NCBI GenBank assembly: GCA_028826165.1
Contig: JAPDFW010000127.1
Coordinates: 85,293-149,292 of the forward strand
From: Anaeramoeba ignava BMAN
Taxonomy: Eukaryota; Protista; Anaeramoebae
Reading direction: 5' to 3'
DNA: 64,000 bases
Shown: one piece after another, positions 63,608 to 64,000 of the stretch
How positions within the stretch are numbered: the first letter of the stretch is position 1
How the letters are laid out: every line of letters begins with the position of its first letter
Notes under the pieces: generated by a model
Seen by the model: only the letters and a program-made list of their open reading frames with translations
Databases searched by the model: none
What the model was told of the DNA's origin: nothing
Program-made: the position numbers and the translations under genes

Positions 63608-63759
63608 TTCCTTTGAGTTAAATTAATATTTTTTAATTATTTTTTTTTTGAGAAATAAAAAATGAAAAAAAAAATTCAATTAAAAAAATTTTTTTTTTCT
63701 TTCTTCTTTCTTCTTTTCTTCTTTCATTTTTCTTTTAATTGTTTAAAAAAAAAAAGAAA

Positions 63760-64000
63760 ATGAATTTTGCTTTTTCTTTTTAACTTTATTTACTCTTTTT
63801 CTTTTAATTCCAAATTCAAAACAAGATCCACAACAATGTTTTAACGCAATTCTTGATGTTTTTATTATCGAAATGCATCTCATTCAACAGAAATGATTGA
63901 TGCAAGTTCATTCAAATTTAATGATTTGGGGAATTTTGATTTTGTTATGAATTAACAAGTGAAAAATAGCAAAATATTGTTTTAATAAGTTCCGAAATTT
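63760..64000 (+). CDS. 5' end of a probable secreted or membrane protein, possibly NRF-domain O-acyltransferase-like
   Basis: Signal-peptide-like start, then MIDASSFKFNDLGNFD resembling the NRF MxDAxG...LGxFDxC motif. The frame is broken in homopolymers and truncated by the window end. Confidence 0.3.

Noticed and set aside
1-64000. Alternative genetic code or non-canonical splice sites
   Set aside because: TAA, TAG and TGA all terminate conserved proteins at the expected positions, and every intron that could be resolved is GT-AG. No tRNA or rRNA genes were recognised.

Overview
Extremely AT-rich eukaryotic (protist-type) genomic DNA with the standard genetic code, GT-AG spliceosomal introns and dense gene spacing. 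Gene content and style resemble an anaerobic amoeboid protist such as Anaeramoeba, but that is inference only. About 17 host genes can be built by hand: casein kinase I, coronin-7, a ~4,500-aa RNF213/mysterin-like AAA+/RZ-finger E3, CENP-K, a RING-H2 ligase, a TOM1/GPR137-like membrane protein, cyclophilin, CCDC6-like, DUF4050-like, Kelch-BTB, a SatP/Gpr1/Fun34-type acetate channel, a multidomain acetyl-CoA carboxylase, an MFS transporter, an ankyrin-DH-PH RhoGEF, a TLC protein and hypothetical proteins. Most long introns are filled with a simple tandem repeat, and most short ORF-track entries are repeat or antisense artefacts. The standout is a 3.76-kb DNA transposon (2468-6225) sitting antisense in intron 2 of casein kinase I. 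It has GAGTGATT/AATCACTC inverted termini and an ATAT target duplication. Three apparently separate ORFs splice in frame into one ~915-aa protein: PB1-like domain, Zn finger, Sola-like DDD transposase and a USP (peptidase C19) deubiquitinase with its catalytic motifs present. Several single-base frameshifts in homopolymers and repeats, and a few chimeric duplicated segments, suggest long-read consensus errors.
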